Assembly (NCBI GenBank): GCA_947165305.1
Contig: CAMUZW010000001.1
Coordinates: 1 to 54,196 of the forward strand
Direction: 5' to 3'
DNA from: an uncultured Bacteroidales bacterium
GTDB lineage: Bacteria; Bacteroidota; Bacteroidia; Bacteroidales; UBA932
Length of the DNA stretch: 54,196 nucleotides
The position numbers and the translations under genes are program-made. Below, one piece after another: positions 1-8,387 of this stretch (the stretch's first letter is position 1; each line of letters begins with the position of its first letter). The notes below the pieces were generated by a model. The model was not told where the DNA came from, searched no databases, and was given only the letters and a program-made list of their open reading frames with translations.

Positions 1-1
1 T

Positions 2-1375
2 TTCCCGGATTACCCGGAAAGCCCGGATCCTGAAGAGCCGGAGCCTAAGGAGGAATCGGAAGAGGAGGAGGAACCGGAGGAAGAGCCGGAAGAGCCTGAG
101 GAATCCGAAGAGATTGAAGAAGAACCTGAAGAAGAGGCGGCGGAGGAAGAGGAGGAAGAGCCTGCTGAGGAAGAGGAACCTGCAGAAGAAGAACCCGCAG
201 AGGAAGAGGAACCTGAGGAAGAGGAGAGCGAAGAAAAGGAGGGATCAGGGGAATTTCCGGAAGAACCGGAAGAACAGCCGGCGGAAGAGGAACAGCCGGC
301 GGAAGAAGCAGAGGAGCAGACTGAGGAACAGACGGAAGAAGTCGAGGAAGAGGACGACTATGATTACGAGGCAGAGCGCGCGCAGCGGGCTGCGGAACAG
401 GAGCGGATCAACCGGCAGTATCTAAGCGATTTCCGCCAGGATGCCGACCAGTTCGCTTCCCGTTCGGATGAGGAAAGGATCAGCCGTGAAGTGGAGCGGG
501 AGATGGCTGAGCAGGAGGCCCGGGAACGGCAGGAAGAGCTGAACCAGCGGGTCCTCGACAAGGCGGACCAGTATCACGTCGCGACGACCGACGAAGAAGG
601 CAACCGGCGGGAAATCTCTGAGATCAAGACAGATACGCAGAAAGCCATCAAAAAGGACATTAACAAGACGCTCTACAAGAACGAACTCGCCATCCAGCAG
701 ATCTGCAGCGAGGTGGAGCTGAAGTCCTCCGAAAAGATCGCGGAATACGAGCTTGTCGACAATGTGTCCGAAGGAACGGTCAACATCCTCGGCGAATGTA
801 CGGGCCCGGGCGGCAAGCAGGTCAAGAACTGGCACGCATTCCTCAAGGCGACGGCCGTGGGCTATCAGGAGGCCAAATGCGACGGCCGCAACCGATTCGT
901 CGGGACGCTGGGCGGCATGGTGGAAGGCGGCTTTTCCGTAGGCCAGAATATCATCGGAGACGACGGTGTACTGCCCGGTCCCGGCGGCTTCAAGAAGATG
1001 CTGGCCGTCGGCACCACCACCGTCTTCTTCGAAGGCAGCAAGACCATCGTCCACGAAGGTGTCCGGGGAACCAACCCTCAGGAGATCCTCGAGAAGGCGC
1101 AGACCTCGATGGTCAAGAAGAGCGGGGAAGTTCTCATTACCTCCGTCATGGGCAGTACCTTCGACAAAGTGCCCGGCATCGCGAAGAACAAATTCGGTGC
1201 TTCCGAGTCGACGTTTAAGATGTTCGAGAACATCGGTAAAGGGACCAATGCCGCCATCGGAGAGACATATAGCCGCGGCCACGACATGATGACCGTCGGT
1301 GACAAGAATATCTCCGAGCATCTTACCAGCGATTTTATGGACTGGAAGACCTCTAAAGTAGAAAAACTGTTTTAA
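2..1375 (+). CDS. 5'-truncated hypothetical protein with long acidic Glu/Pro-rich low-complexity tract, coiled-coil segment and Gly-rich C-terminal domain
   Basis: The frame of track ORF 491..1375 is open back to base 2 (FPDYPESPDPEEPEPKEESEEEEEPEEE...EEEDDYDYEAERAQRAAEQERIN...). The start lies upstream of the window. Confidence 0.8.
   Translation, partial: FPDYPESPDPEEPEPKEESEEEEEPEEEPEEPEESEEIEEEPEEEAAEEEEEEPAEEEEPAEEEPAEEEEPEEEESEEKEGSGEFPEEPEEQPAEEEQPAEEAEEQTEEQTEEVEEEDDYDYEAERAQRAAEQERINRQYLSDFRQDADQFASRSDEERISREVEREMAEQEARERQEELNQRVLDKADQYHVATTDEEGNRREISEIKTDTQKAIKKDINKTLYKNELAIQQICSEVELKSSEKIAEYELVDNVSEGTVNILGECTGPGGKQVKNWHAFLKATAVGYQEAKCDGRNRFVGTLGGMVEGGFSVGQNIIGDDGVLPGPGGFKKMLAVGTTTVFFEGSKTIVHEGVRGTNPQEILEKAQTSMVKKSGEVLITSVMGSTFDKVPGIAKNKFGASESTFKMFENIGKGTNAAIGETYSRGHDMMTVGDKNISEHLTSDFMDWKTSKVEKLF
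272..307 (+). repeat. 18-bp tandem duplication (EQPAEE x2) inside the acidic tract
   Basis: gaacagccggcggaagag followed by gaacagccggcggaagaa. Confidence 0.85.
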
Positions 1376-1845
1376 TGATGGACCCCGATAAAGTTACCCC
1401 AGAAGAGGCTAAAAAAGCCTATCTCACAGGCCATTACCCCTATATGACGCAGGCCTTTGTCATCGCTGCGAACCGTGTCCCCGCCTGGCGGTTGGCCAGT
1501 GACGGGACGCCCTGCTCCAGCCTGGAAGTGCTCGGATTCGCGCAGCATTACGATGAGACGCATCCCCGGAAGGAGGACGACCGCAGCTTCTTCTACGTCA
1601 CGCTGGAAGGCGCCATCGGCTATAGCGCTTCCGGTGTCGAATACCAGATCGAGTGGATATTCCTCCCCATGGAGCCGGGCGCCGAACGTGACACCCTCGT
1701 CCAAGAGGCCCTCGACACCCTCGACAAGGCGGTTGCGGAGGAGGAAAAGAAAGAAGCCGCGGCGCGCATGCAGGCCCTCGAGGCCGAAAACAAACGCCTC
1801 CAGGAAGAGCTGGACCGGCTACGGGGAGAGGCGGCGGAAAGGTAA
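1375..1845 (+). CDS. Hypothetical protein with C-terminal coiled coil
   Basis: 156-aa ORF with TAATG stop/start overlap with the upstream gene. C-terminus AARMQALEAENKRLQEELDRLRG looks heptad-like. Confidence 0.75.
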   Translation: MMDPDKVTPEEAKKAYLTGHYPYMTQAFVIAANRVPAWRLASDGTPCSSLEVLGFAQHYDETHPRKEDDRSFFYVTLEGAIGYSASGVEYQIEWIFLPMEPGAERDTLVQEALDTLDKAVAEEEKKEAAARMQALEAENKRLQEELDRLRGEAAER

Positions 1846-1886
1846 CTTGTTCAGTCTCTGTGACTTGCCAGTAAGAGGCCGGCAGG

Positions 1887-1919
1887 GTTAGGAAAAACGG
1901 ATTTTTTTTCCTAACTTTA
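1887..1919 (+). promoter_or_regulatory. Probable promoter of the peptide/pilin operon, overlapped by an 11-bp inverted repeat
   Basis: TAACTTTA at 1912-1919 is one mismatch from the Bacteroidetes -7 element TAnnTTTG. gttaggaaaaa (1887-1897) pairs with tttttcctaac (1905-1915). Confidence 0.5.
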
Positions 1920-1960
1920 CCGGCTGATAGTGTTGTGTAAAAGCAAGCTTTTTTAACGAT

Positions 1961-2131
1961 ATGAGTAATTTTTACAAGCGCCCCGAGGTGCTTCGGGAGG
2001 TGCGTACGGAAGTAGAGTGTGCGTTCCTCCTGGGGTCCATCGTGGACAATGTGGGAACCGTCGAATCGACGGGCCAGGAGGTGAAGGAGTACAACTTCAC
2101 CGAGGAACAGTTTAATCACACATGGGAGTAA
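1961..2131 (+). CDS. 56-aa small protein heading the pilin-like operon
   Basis: Hand translation: MSNFYKRPEVLREVRTEVECAFLLGSIVDNVGTVESTGQEVKEYNFTEEQFNHTWE*. ATG follows an AT-rich leader, and the stop is 5 nt before the next ATG. Shorter than any ORF in the supplied track. Confidence 0.8.
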   Translation: MSNFYKRPEVLREVRTEVECAFLLGSIVDNVGTVESTGQEVKEYNFTEEQFNHTWE

Positions 2132-2136
2132 GGACT

Positions 2137-3291
2137 ATGAAAGCAAGAATGATCATGATTGCAGCGGCCCTTGCGGCCCTTACGCTCCTCAGTGCAGGAT
2201 GCAAGAAGCACCAGTGGCGTCCCGAACCGGGCACGCCGATCAAGTTCCGTGCAGTGAGCAATGTCAATTCCAAGCCCCTCGATACCAGGACGGTGTATGC
2301 CGGCCAGTATTTTACGGTCGGAGAGGGAAGTGACGCAAAGAAATTTGAGCACATCGACTGGGTGGTCGGTGACAAGATTTCCATCGGATATGTATCCGCT
2401 CCTGCATCCGGTCTGGTGGCCGAATACAGTAATTACGATATCATCAGCGCGACCCAGCCGGACCGCGAAGTCGATCCGTCTGCCAAGAGCAATGCGACAC
2501 TGGCTCCTTCCGGCGGCAACGGCCTGGTCTGGCGGGATGGTTCGATGCACGTTTTCAAGGCGATGTATCCCACTGTGCCGGATGATGAGCGTTTCCGGTT
2601 CGATGTTGAGAACGGGGAGGTTGTCTACAATGTGCCCTGCCTCTATCCGATTGAGCCGGTGCTCATCCGCGACGGGGAGACCAATACCTATGTCGAGGAT
2701 ATGAAATATGCCTGGATGCTTTCGAGGGGTGATGCTCCGGTCCAGGCCGGAGGTACCATCAATCTCCTTTTCGAGATGCATTTCACGGCGTTCCAGATCA
2801 CGTTCGACAGCGCCAATGCGTCGAGCCTTCTTATCAATTCCGTCTCCCTCTCCGATGCCAATGAGCCTATTGTAGGTGACTTTATCTACTCGGAAGATAT
2901 GGCGCATATTACGACCGATGTTGATGGGAATGAGGTGTCTAAAAAGGTGACGGCATTCTTCAATGAAGCCCATACCCCCATCACGCTCACGAAGGGAAAC
3001 CCTGTGACAGTTGTAATATTTACCTCTTGTGCCCATACTAAACAGGCGATGACCCTGTCGTTCTCCATCCAGAACGGTGCGGAAACCGTCGACCGCTCCA
3101 TCAAGCTCGCTACGGCGACTGCAAACCTGGAGCCGGGTGCTGACGGTAAGTTCAATTACGGGATTACGTTTACCAATCCGTACAAGCATGTCATCACCGG
3201 TATCGAGATTCCGATGACGATTCCGGAGGATTCGGCATGGTTCGAGGCTGCGAGTGCGGGCGGATATGAGAATCAAGACTGGGAGGATTAA
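2137..3291 (+). CDS. Fimbrillin / Mfa1-like type V pilin-like lipoprotein 1
   Basis: Lipobox LSAGC, putative processing site DTRT, motifs W..GDKI and FKAMYP. Start reassigned to MKARM at 2137. Confidence 0.75.
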   Translation: MKARMIMIAAALAALTLLSAGCKKHQWRPEPGTPIKFRAVSNVNSKPLDTRTVYAGQYFTVGEGSDAKKFEHIDWVVGDKISIGYVSAPASGLVAEYSNYDIISATQPDREVDPSAKSNATLAPSGGNGLVWRDGSMHVFKAMYPTVPDDERFRFDVENGEVVYNVPCLYPIEPVLIRDGETNTYVEDMKYAWMLSRGDAPVQAGGTINLLFEMHFTAFQITFDSANASSLLINSVSLSDANEPIVGDFIYSEDMAHITTDVDGNEVSKKVTAFFNEAHTPITLTKGNPVTVVIFTSCAHTKQAMTLSFSIQNGAETVDRSIKLATATANLEPGADGKFNYGITFTNPYKHVITGIEIPMTIPEDSAWFEAASAGGYENQDWED

Positions 3292-3293
3292 AG

Positions 3294-4559
3294 ATGAAGA
3301 AAATTACGATATATGCACTGCTGGCCGCCGTCATTCTTGCCGGCTGCAGCAAAGCGGGGGACAAGTCCCTCCGTTCGTTGGAGACGACCGGTAACTTCGA
3401 GTTCAAGGTCAGTCTGGCCGACATTGCCTCAAAGTCGCATTTCGTCGAGAATCCCAATACGGAGGAGGGGACGACAGCGGCGCTTGCCTGGGACGCGGAT
3501 GACGACATCAGCGTGACGGCCGTCAGGCTGTTCATCGAAGGTGGCAAACTGGTAGGCGGCGATTTCGAGCATGCAAAATCCTGCTATGCGAAGATCAGGC
3601 CTTCTTCGATCGGTCAGAGCGTCGCCTCTTTTGATCCCGCGGCGGATACGCCCGAAGACTGGTGGAAGGCCGACGGTGATACGGACGAGAATTCGATGTA
3701 CGCCTTTATGGCCTTCTATCCGGCCAGGGGAACGACCATTAAGACGGAACTGCTGATGGAGAACCTGCGGTATGACGAGAAGGCGTACGGCGTCTTGCTC
3801 GATGTCCCCGCGGAGCAGGACGGCAAATCATACAACAAGTATCACTATTTGTTTGACCTTGAGCTTGGGCAAATCAAGACCTACGGGGAATTGGCTGCGG
3901 CTACCAAGCCGGTTATGACATTTGACCATTTCGCCCCCCTGACATGTCTGTTCCACTTCACGCTGTCGACAGGTGACCGTGCGACGCATACGAATGTGGA
4001 CCATATCAAGATTACGGCGAAATCGTACGAGAGAGATGATTATTATGTGGGACGGGAGAGCTCAGAGACGGAGGAGATGAGGCTCGAGTATTATGCGGAT
4101 GATTATCATTCGAACCGGCTTTTCGGCCTTGCCGGAACCGGCGGCCTCACGTCGTTCATATTCGGCATCGATGCCATCGTTGCGGCCAACGGCGATTATC
4201 TGCAGGAAATCAACATTGACGAGCGGTATTCAGAAAGATTGAGGGCAGCAACGGAACTGAACATCCAGTTCGAGTCTCCTGTCACCATCTATCCCCGCGA
4301 GTCGATGCCTGAAAATCCGGAGGAGTATTATCTCGTCACGACGGCACTTCCGGAGAAAATCGTCGACGATGAATATGGTCTTGTCATGCTGTTCGAGGCC
4401 TGTGATGCGGCCGGAAATGTTCTCGCCGTCGCCGAGAAGCGGATGCCCAAGGGAGGATTCCTGCCCGGCATCCAGTACAACTTCAATCTGGTGATGGGCC
4501 ATTATGTGGATATGGACGGGCAGAATCCCGGCTCATATACTGAGATCGTTAACTTATAG
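3294..4559 (+). CDS. Fimbrillin / Mfa1-like lipoprotein 2
   Basis: Lipobox LAGC, SKSHF, WDADDDISV, FMAFYP, and C-terminal GGFLPGIQYNFNL plus a tail. Confidence 0.75.
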   Translation: MKKITIYALLAAVILAGCSKAGDKSLRSLETTGNFEFKVSLADIASKSHFVENPNTEEGTTAALAWDADDDISVTAVRLFIEGGKLVGGDFEHAKSCYAKIRPSSIGQSVASFDPAADTPEDWWKADGDTDENSMYAFMAFYPARGTTIKTELLMENLRYDEKAYGVLLDVPAEQDGKSYNKYHYLFDLELGQIKTYGELAAATKPVMTFDHFAPLTCLFHFTLSTGDRATHTNVDHIKITAKSYERDDYYVGRESSETEEMRLEYYADDYHSNRLFGLAGTGGLTSFIFGIDAIVAANGDYLQEINIDERYSERLRAATELNIQFESPVTIYPRESMPENPEEYYLVTTALPEKIVDDEYGLVMLFEACDAAGNVLAVAEKRMPKGGFLPGIQYNFNLVMGHYVDMDGQNPGSYTEIVNL

Positions 4560-4571
4560 GAGGTGAAGAGT

Positions 4572-5723
4572 ATGAGAAAAACATTATATATTGCCGCCGC
4601 TCTATTGATGGTGCTTCCCGCCTGCAAGAAGTCGGTGCCTGCGCCCTCTGTCGAAAAGGGGATGACCTTCGAAGCTTCGACGGCCCCGACGAAGTCACAT
4701 TTCGGAGAAACAGGCCTTGCGCTTTACTGGGATAAATACGATGACATGGCGGTCTACTCTATGAATGCGAATTCCGCCGATCCTGTTACCGGTGCCACCA
4801 GCGGCCTTGCTTATATCCGGAATGGATTCAATACGCAGACCGCGCATTTCCAGTCGGCCCGTACCGAGTCCGAATGGTTCAACGGCGCCGCGGATGGCGA
4901 GAGCCGCCGTTTTGTCGCTTACTATCCCGCCTATGGCCAGCCGATGGAATTCAATGAGGTCAAGGTGGGCGACAATACCGTCAAGGTGCTGCCGGTCTTT
5001 GTCAATGACGATCAGAATGGACTTGCAGAATTTGGCCGGTATCATTTCATGCTGTCCAGGAATAACAATTATACCAAAGGACAGCCGGTCATCCTGCAGA
5101 ATTTCGAGCCTCAGACGAGCCTGCTGAAATTCAAGCTTCAGCCGAATGCTACCATGCAGGCCGCGGGATATGACTATAAAATAGAGAGGATCTACGTAGA
5201 GGCTCTTTTCTACGGGAAGATACATGAAAATGATGTTACGGACGATTTTTCCTGGGAATACGAGGACGAATCCAATCATTGGCGGCAAGTTGATAATATC
5301 GTCGGCTTCCGATATATTACGGTAGATAATCTTCTTGATACCGCCAGCCCGGTTAAGTTGCAGAAGTTTTTGTCGAATGAAGTTACTTACAGTTCTAACG
5401 GAAGGTATCTTTACCTGTTGAGGGATTTGACCCTCGACCTCAAACATGATGAGCCTTCCCAGGACTTGTACGGGGTTGTTTTCCCGACGGAGGAGTATCC
5501 TCTTCGTGGAAACTTGGCACTGAAGGTTATTGCCCGCTATGATACTTATCTGAACACGGAGTATTTGCATACTGTCGAGCACGAGGGATATATCAAGATT
5601 CCTTCGCCCGGCTTCGAGGCCGGGAAACGGTACGACTTCATCGTTACGCTCAGTCCGGACGAGATGTACTTGCAAAACGATCCTGATGCTTCGGAGTGGG
5701 GATATGAGGTTATTAACTGGTAA
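4572..5723 (+). CDS. Fimbrillin / Mfa1-like lipoprotein 3
   Basis: Lipobox LPAC, TKSHF, WDKYDDMAV, FVAYYP, and GFEAGKRYDFIVTL plus a tail. Confidence 0.75.
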   Translation: MRKTLYIAAALLMVLPACKKSVPAPSVEKGMTFEASTAPTKSHFGETGLALYWDKYDDMAVYSMNANSADPVTGATSGLAYIRNGFNTQTAHFQSARTESEWFNGAADGESRRFVAYYPAYGQPMEFNEVKVGDNTVKVLPVFVNDDQNGLAEFGRYHFMLSRNNNYTKGQPVILQNFEPQTSLLKFKLQPNATMQAAGYDYKIERIYVEALFYGKIHENDVTDDFSWEYEDESNHWRQVDNIVGFRYITVDNLLDTASPVKLQKFLSNEVTYSSNGRYLYLLRDLTLDLKHDEPSQDLYGVVFPTEEYPLRGNLALKVIARYDTYLNTEYLHTVEHEGYIKIPSPGFEAGKRYDFIVTLSPDEMYLQNDPDASEWGYEVINW

Positions 5724-5735
5724 GGAGGATTGAGA

Positions 5736-7106
5736 ATGAAAAAAACAGTATATATTATCAGCCTTTCGCTGCTTGCTTTGACAGCCTGCTCCAAGAGTCC
5801 GGTCGAGACGGCTCCTTCGCAAGCGTCAGCTCCGAAACTCACGGTATATTGCCCCGTCGACGCATTGTCCAAGGCGTATTTTGAGGATGAATCGTCCGGT
5901 AACTTGAAATGGCGTTGGGATCAGTTCTCCATCGCCGGCATCCCCGTTTCCGAGGATCCCGGCACGGGAGAGATTACGCTGCAGTATGAGAACGCAATCC
6001 TTGGCAATCGGGAGACGACAAGCAACTGGGGGAACGACAGCAATTATTTTTATTGCGAAACCGATAAGACGCCCTTTGAATTCTTCGCGGAGTATGATAA
6101 ACTGGTATTTTTGATGGTGGCGAACAGTAGTTATTGGGAATACGGGCAGTTTTATGTTTCAAACGGGGTCTATGGTGGTGTTGAGCAGTTTAATCGTTAT
6201 GAAGAGACCGAACCCGGGCAATATACTCCTTACAATGAAAACTTGATCAGGTTATGGAATCTTCCTTATAACGGAAGTGACCATTATTGTTTTGCGACAG
6301 CGGTCAGCAACGCCCAGCGTGAAGTGTTTGAACGTAGGGCGAATACGAGCAATTCACGTGCATATGAACGTTCCCAGACGATCTGCGGTTATTCTTCGCC
6401 TGTGACGCTCGATGATGTGATAGCAAACGGGTATGGTGTCTCTTTCAAGGGATTCAAGCTGGCCAACGCGATGCTTTTCTTCAACGTCCAGCTCGACGGC
6501 ATGGATGATTTCAGTATGTATTCCATGGATGTCAGCATCCGGAATGATGCGGATCACAGTACGGAGGATGGCTGGTACCATCAGCTGGCCGGTCCGACGT
6601 ACACATTCTTCTCCGTAGCGGATTATACGGCCCAGTCCTCCGGCGAATATCAGATGAAATCCCTCCCGGAACTTTGCAACGATTGGCACTGCACCGTGGA
6701 GGACTTGAAGCCCTTCCTTCGTAAGACCAATGCTCCTGAAACCTGGACGTATCGATGGGAAGATATCTATGATTATCCGGAGGGATGTTCAAAGATCCGG
6801 TTGACCTGGGATATTGAAGAAGACTCAGGCTGGTTGTCTGATGTCGGTTACCCGCTGTCTTCGACCCCCTCCGCGGACCGGTTCTCGATGGTCGTCCTTC
6901 CGCAGAGCGATTTCATTGACGCGGACAGCTACCTGCTCTTTGAGGCGAAGGACCAGCAGGGGAATGTCGTGGCCATCGCAAAGAAGGCCCTCCCGACGGG
7001 CGGCTTCCAGGCCGGCAAGCGCTATGACTTCACGCTGACGCTGCGGGAGAATGATCTGAGTACCGATGCCGGCAACGCCGGAAGCTACGGCGTGGGAACG
7101 CTTTAA
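5736..7106 (+). CDS. Fimbrillin / Mfa1-like lipoprotein 4 (divergent N-domain)
   Basis: Lipobox LTAC, SKAYF, and GGFQAGKRYDFTLTL plus a tail. C-terminus is clearly paralogous to lipoproteins 2 and 3. Confidence 0.7.
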   Translation: MKKTVYIISLSLLALTACSKSPVETAPSQASAPKLTVYCPVDALSKAYFEDESSGNLKWRWDQFSIAGIPVSEDPGTGEITLQYENAILGNRETTSNWGNDSNYFYCETDKTPFEFFAEYDKLVFLMVANSSYWEYGQFYVSNGVYGGVEQFNRYEETEPGQYTPYNENLIRLWNLPYNGSDHYCFATAVSNAQREVFERRANTSNSRAYERSQTICGYSSPVTLDDVIANGYGVSFKGFKLANAMLFFNVQLDGMDDFSMYSMDVSIRNDADHSTEDGWYHQLAGPTYTFFSVADYTAQSSGEYQMKSLPELCNDWHCTVEDLKPFLRKTNAPETWTYRWEDIYDYPEGCSKIRLTWDIEEDSGWLSDVGYPLSSTPSADRFSMVVLPQSDFIDADSYLLFEAKDQQGNVVAIAKKALPTGGFQAGKRYDFTLTLRENDLSTDAGNAGSYGVGTL

Positions 7107-7124
7107 TGGAAGGAGGATTTGAGA

Positions 7125-8360
7125 ATGAAAAAATCGATTATTCTGATTTTGGGCGCCTTCGTCGCGCTGGTAGGGTGCAAACGCAGTGAGATTCCCGGAG
7201 AACCTGCCGTTTCCGTGAGCCGGATTACGGCCGAGGCTTCCTTTGGGGAGGACGTCAAGTCCCATTTTGACACGGACGGTTACAACCTGGTCTGGGACAG
7301 CACCGACAAGCTCCTGGTCTATTCCAATTATATGGGAAGCTGGGATAACTATCAAGCTCTTGTCGCATCTATCCTTACGCAGTATAATATTACCTCGCCG
7401 ACGGAAAAAGAGGAGGACGACGCCGGCGTCATCGCCTACTTCCGGCTGCTCCGGGACTATGCTGGACAGCGTTATGCGGGTACTTTCTCCATTACGCCGG
7501 AAGGCGTCGGAGCGCGTACCGCAGAGTTCCTTTCCGACGGACTTGCCTATACCTGGATGCAGGCGGGCTCGGAGGATGAACTTTACTATTTCCTCCCATT
7601 CTATCCGGCGCCCGCGGTGGCTCCCGAGATAAAGTCCTTCTGTTTTGAGGATGTGGCCGGTGTCAGTGAGATGGTCAGTGAAGCACCTTTCCCGTATATG
7701 GACTACACGATCCAGCCGGTGCAGGACGGTGTCAATTATCAGAATTACCAGCTGCTGATGGGCGGAACTGACGCCCCCAGTGTCAAGGGAGACCTGCTTC
7801 ACGGCGGGAAACTTCCGTTCGAGAGCTTTATGCCGCTTACCTCGATCCTGGAGTTCACGATGCAGACTTCGTCCGGTTCCGCGGACATCGCTTATCTTGA
7901 CATCACGCTGTCTACCCAGGAAGAGGCCGGTGCTGAGTATGTCTCCAACAAATATATGATCGCCGGTACCGTTCCGCTGTTTTTCTCCTGGGACGCCCCG
8001 GATGAAATGCGCTTCTGGAACCGCGCCTGCAAGCCGTTTATGGGCGGTTTTGGAAGTGGCTGGAGTGATGGGTTTTTCGATGTGGCCGCTTGGGAGGGAC
8101 TTAGCTCCGACGCTACTTCTACCCTTCGGCTGCAGTTCGCGTCTCCGGTTTCCGTCGATGCGAGTGCTCCGACCACGCAGAAGTACTATGCGGTGATGAT
8201 CCCTTCCCGTTGTGTCCAGAAGGCGGGTTGCGGGAATCCCAGGCTGACCTTCGACGCCTATGACGCTTCGGACGTCAAGATCTTTAGCAAGACCATTGAG
8301 ACGACCAGCACCCAGGGCATCGAAGAGGGGAAGAAATATCCTTTCGCCCTGGTGTTCTAG
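7125..8360 (+). CDS. Fimbrillin / Mfa1-like lipoprotein 5, no C-terminal tail
   Basis: Lipobox LVGC, VKSHF, WDSTDKLLV, FLPFYP. Ends at GIEEGKKYPFALVF*. Confidence 0.72.
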   Translation: MKKSIILILGAFVALVGCKRSEIPGEPAVSVSRITAEASFGEDVKSHFDTDGYNLVWDSTDKLLVYSNYMGSWDNYQALVASILTQYNITSPTEKEEDDAGVIAYFRLLRDYAGQRYAGTFSITPEGVGARTAEFLSDGLAYTWMQAGSEDELYYFLPFYPAPAVAPEIKSFCFEDVAGVSEMVSEAPFPYMDYTIQPVQDGVNYQNYQLLMGGTDAPSVKGDLLHGGKLPFESFMPLTSILEFTMQTSSGSADIAYLDITLSTQEEAGAEYVSNKYMIAGTVPLFFSWDAPDEMRFWNRACKPFMGGFGSGWSDGFFDVAAWEGLSSDATSTLRLQFASPVSVDASAPTTQKYYAVMIPSRCVQKAGCGNPRLTFDAYDASDVKIFSKTIETTSTQGIEEGKKYPFALVF

Positions 8361-8387
8361 AAGCGTATTGCAATACCGCTTATTCTA
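8358..8387. terminator. Palindrome between convergent genes, possible bidirectional terminator
   Basis: aagcg-tattgcaata-c-cgctt, with perfect core gtattgcaatac. No strong U tract. Confidence 0.4.

Noticed and set aside
114-425. Lys/Arg-rich 103-aa ORF resembling a protamine or histone-like protein
   Set aside because: It is the shifted reading of GAA/GAG Glu codons in the longer acidic ORF.
1961-2131. Lasso peptide / RiPP biosynthetic cluster
   Set aside because: Only the leader-like YxxP motif is present. No cyclase, peptidase, RRE or radical SAM gene is adjacent.
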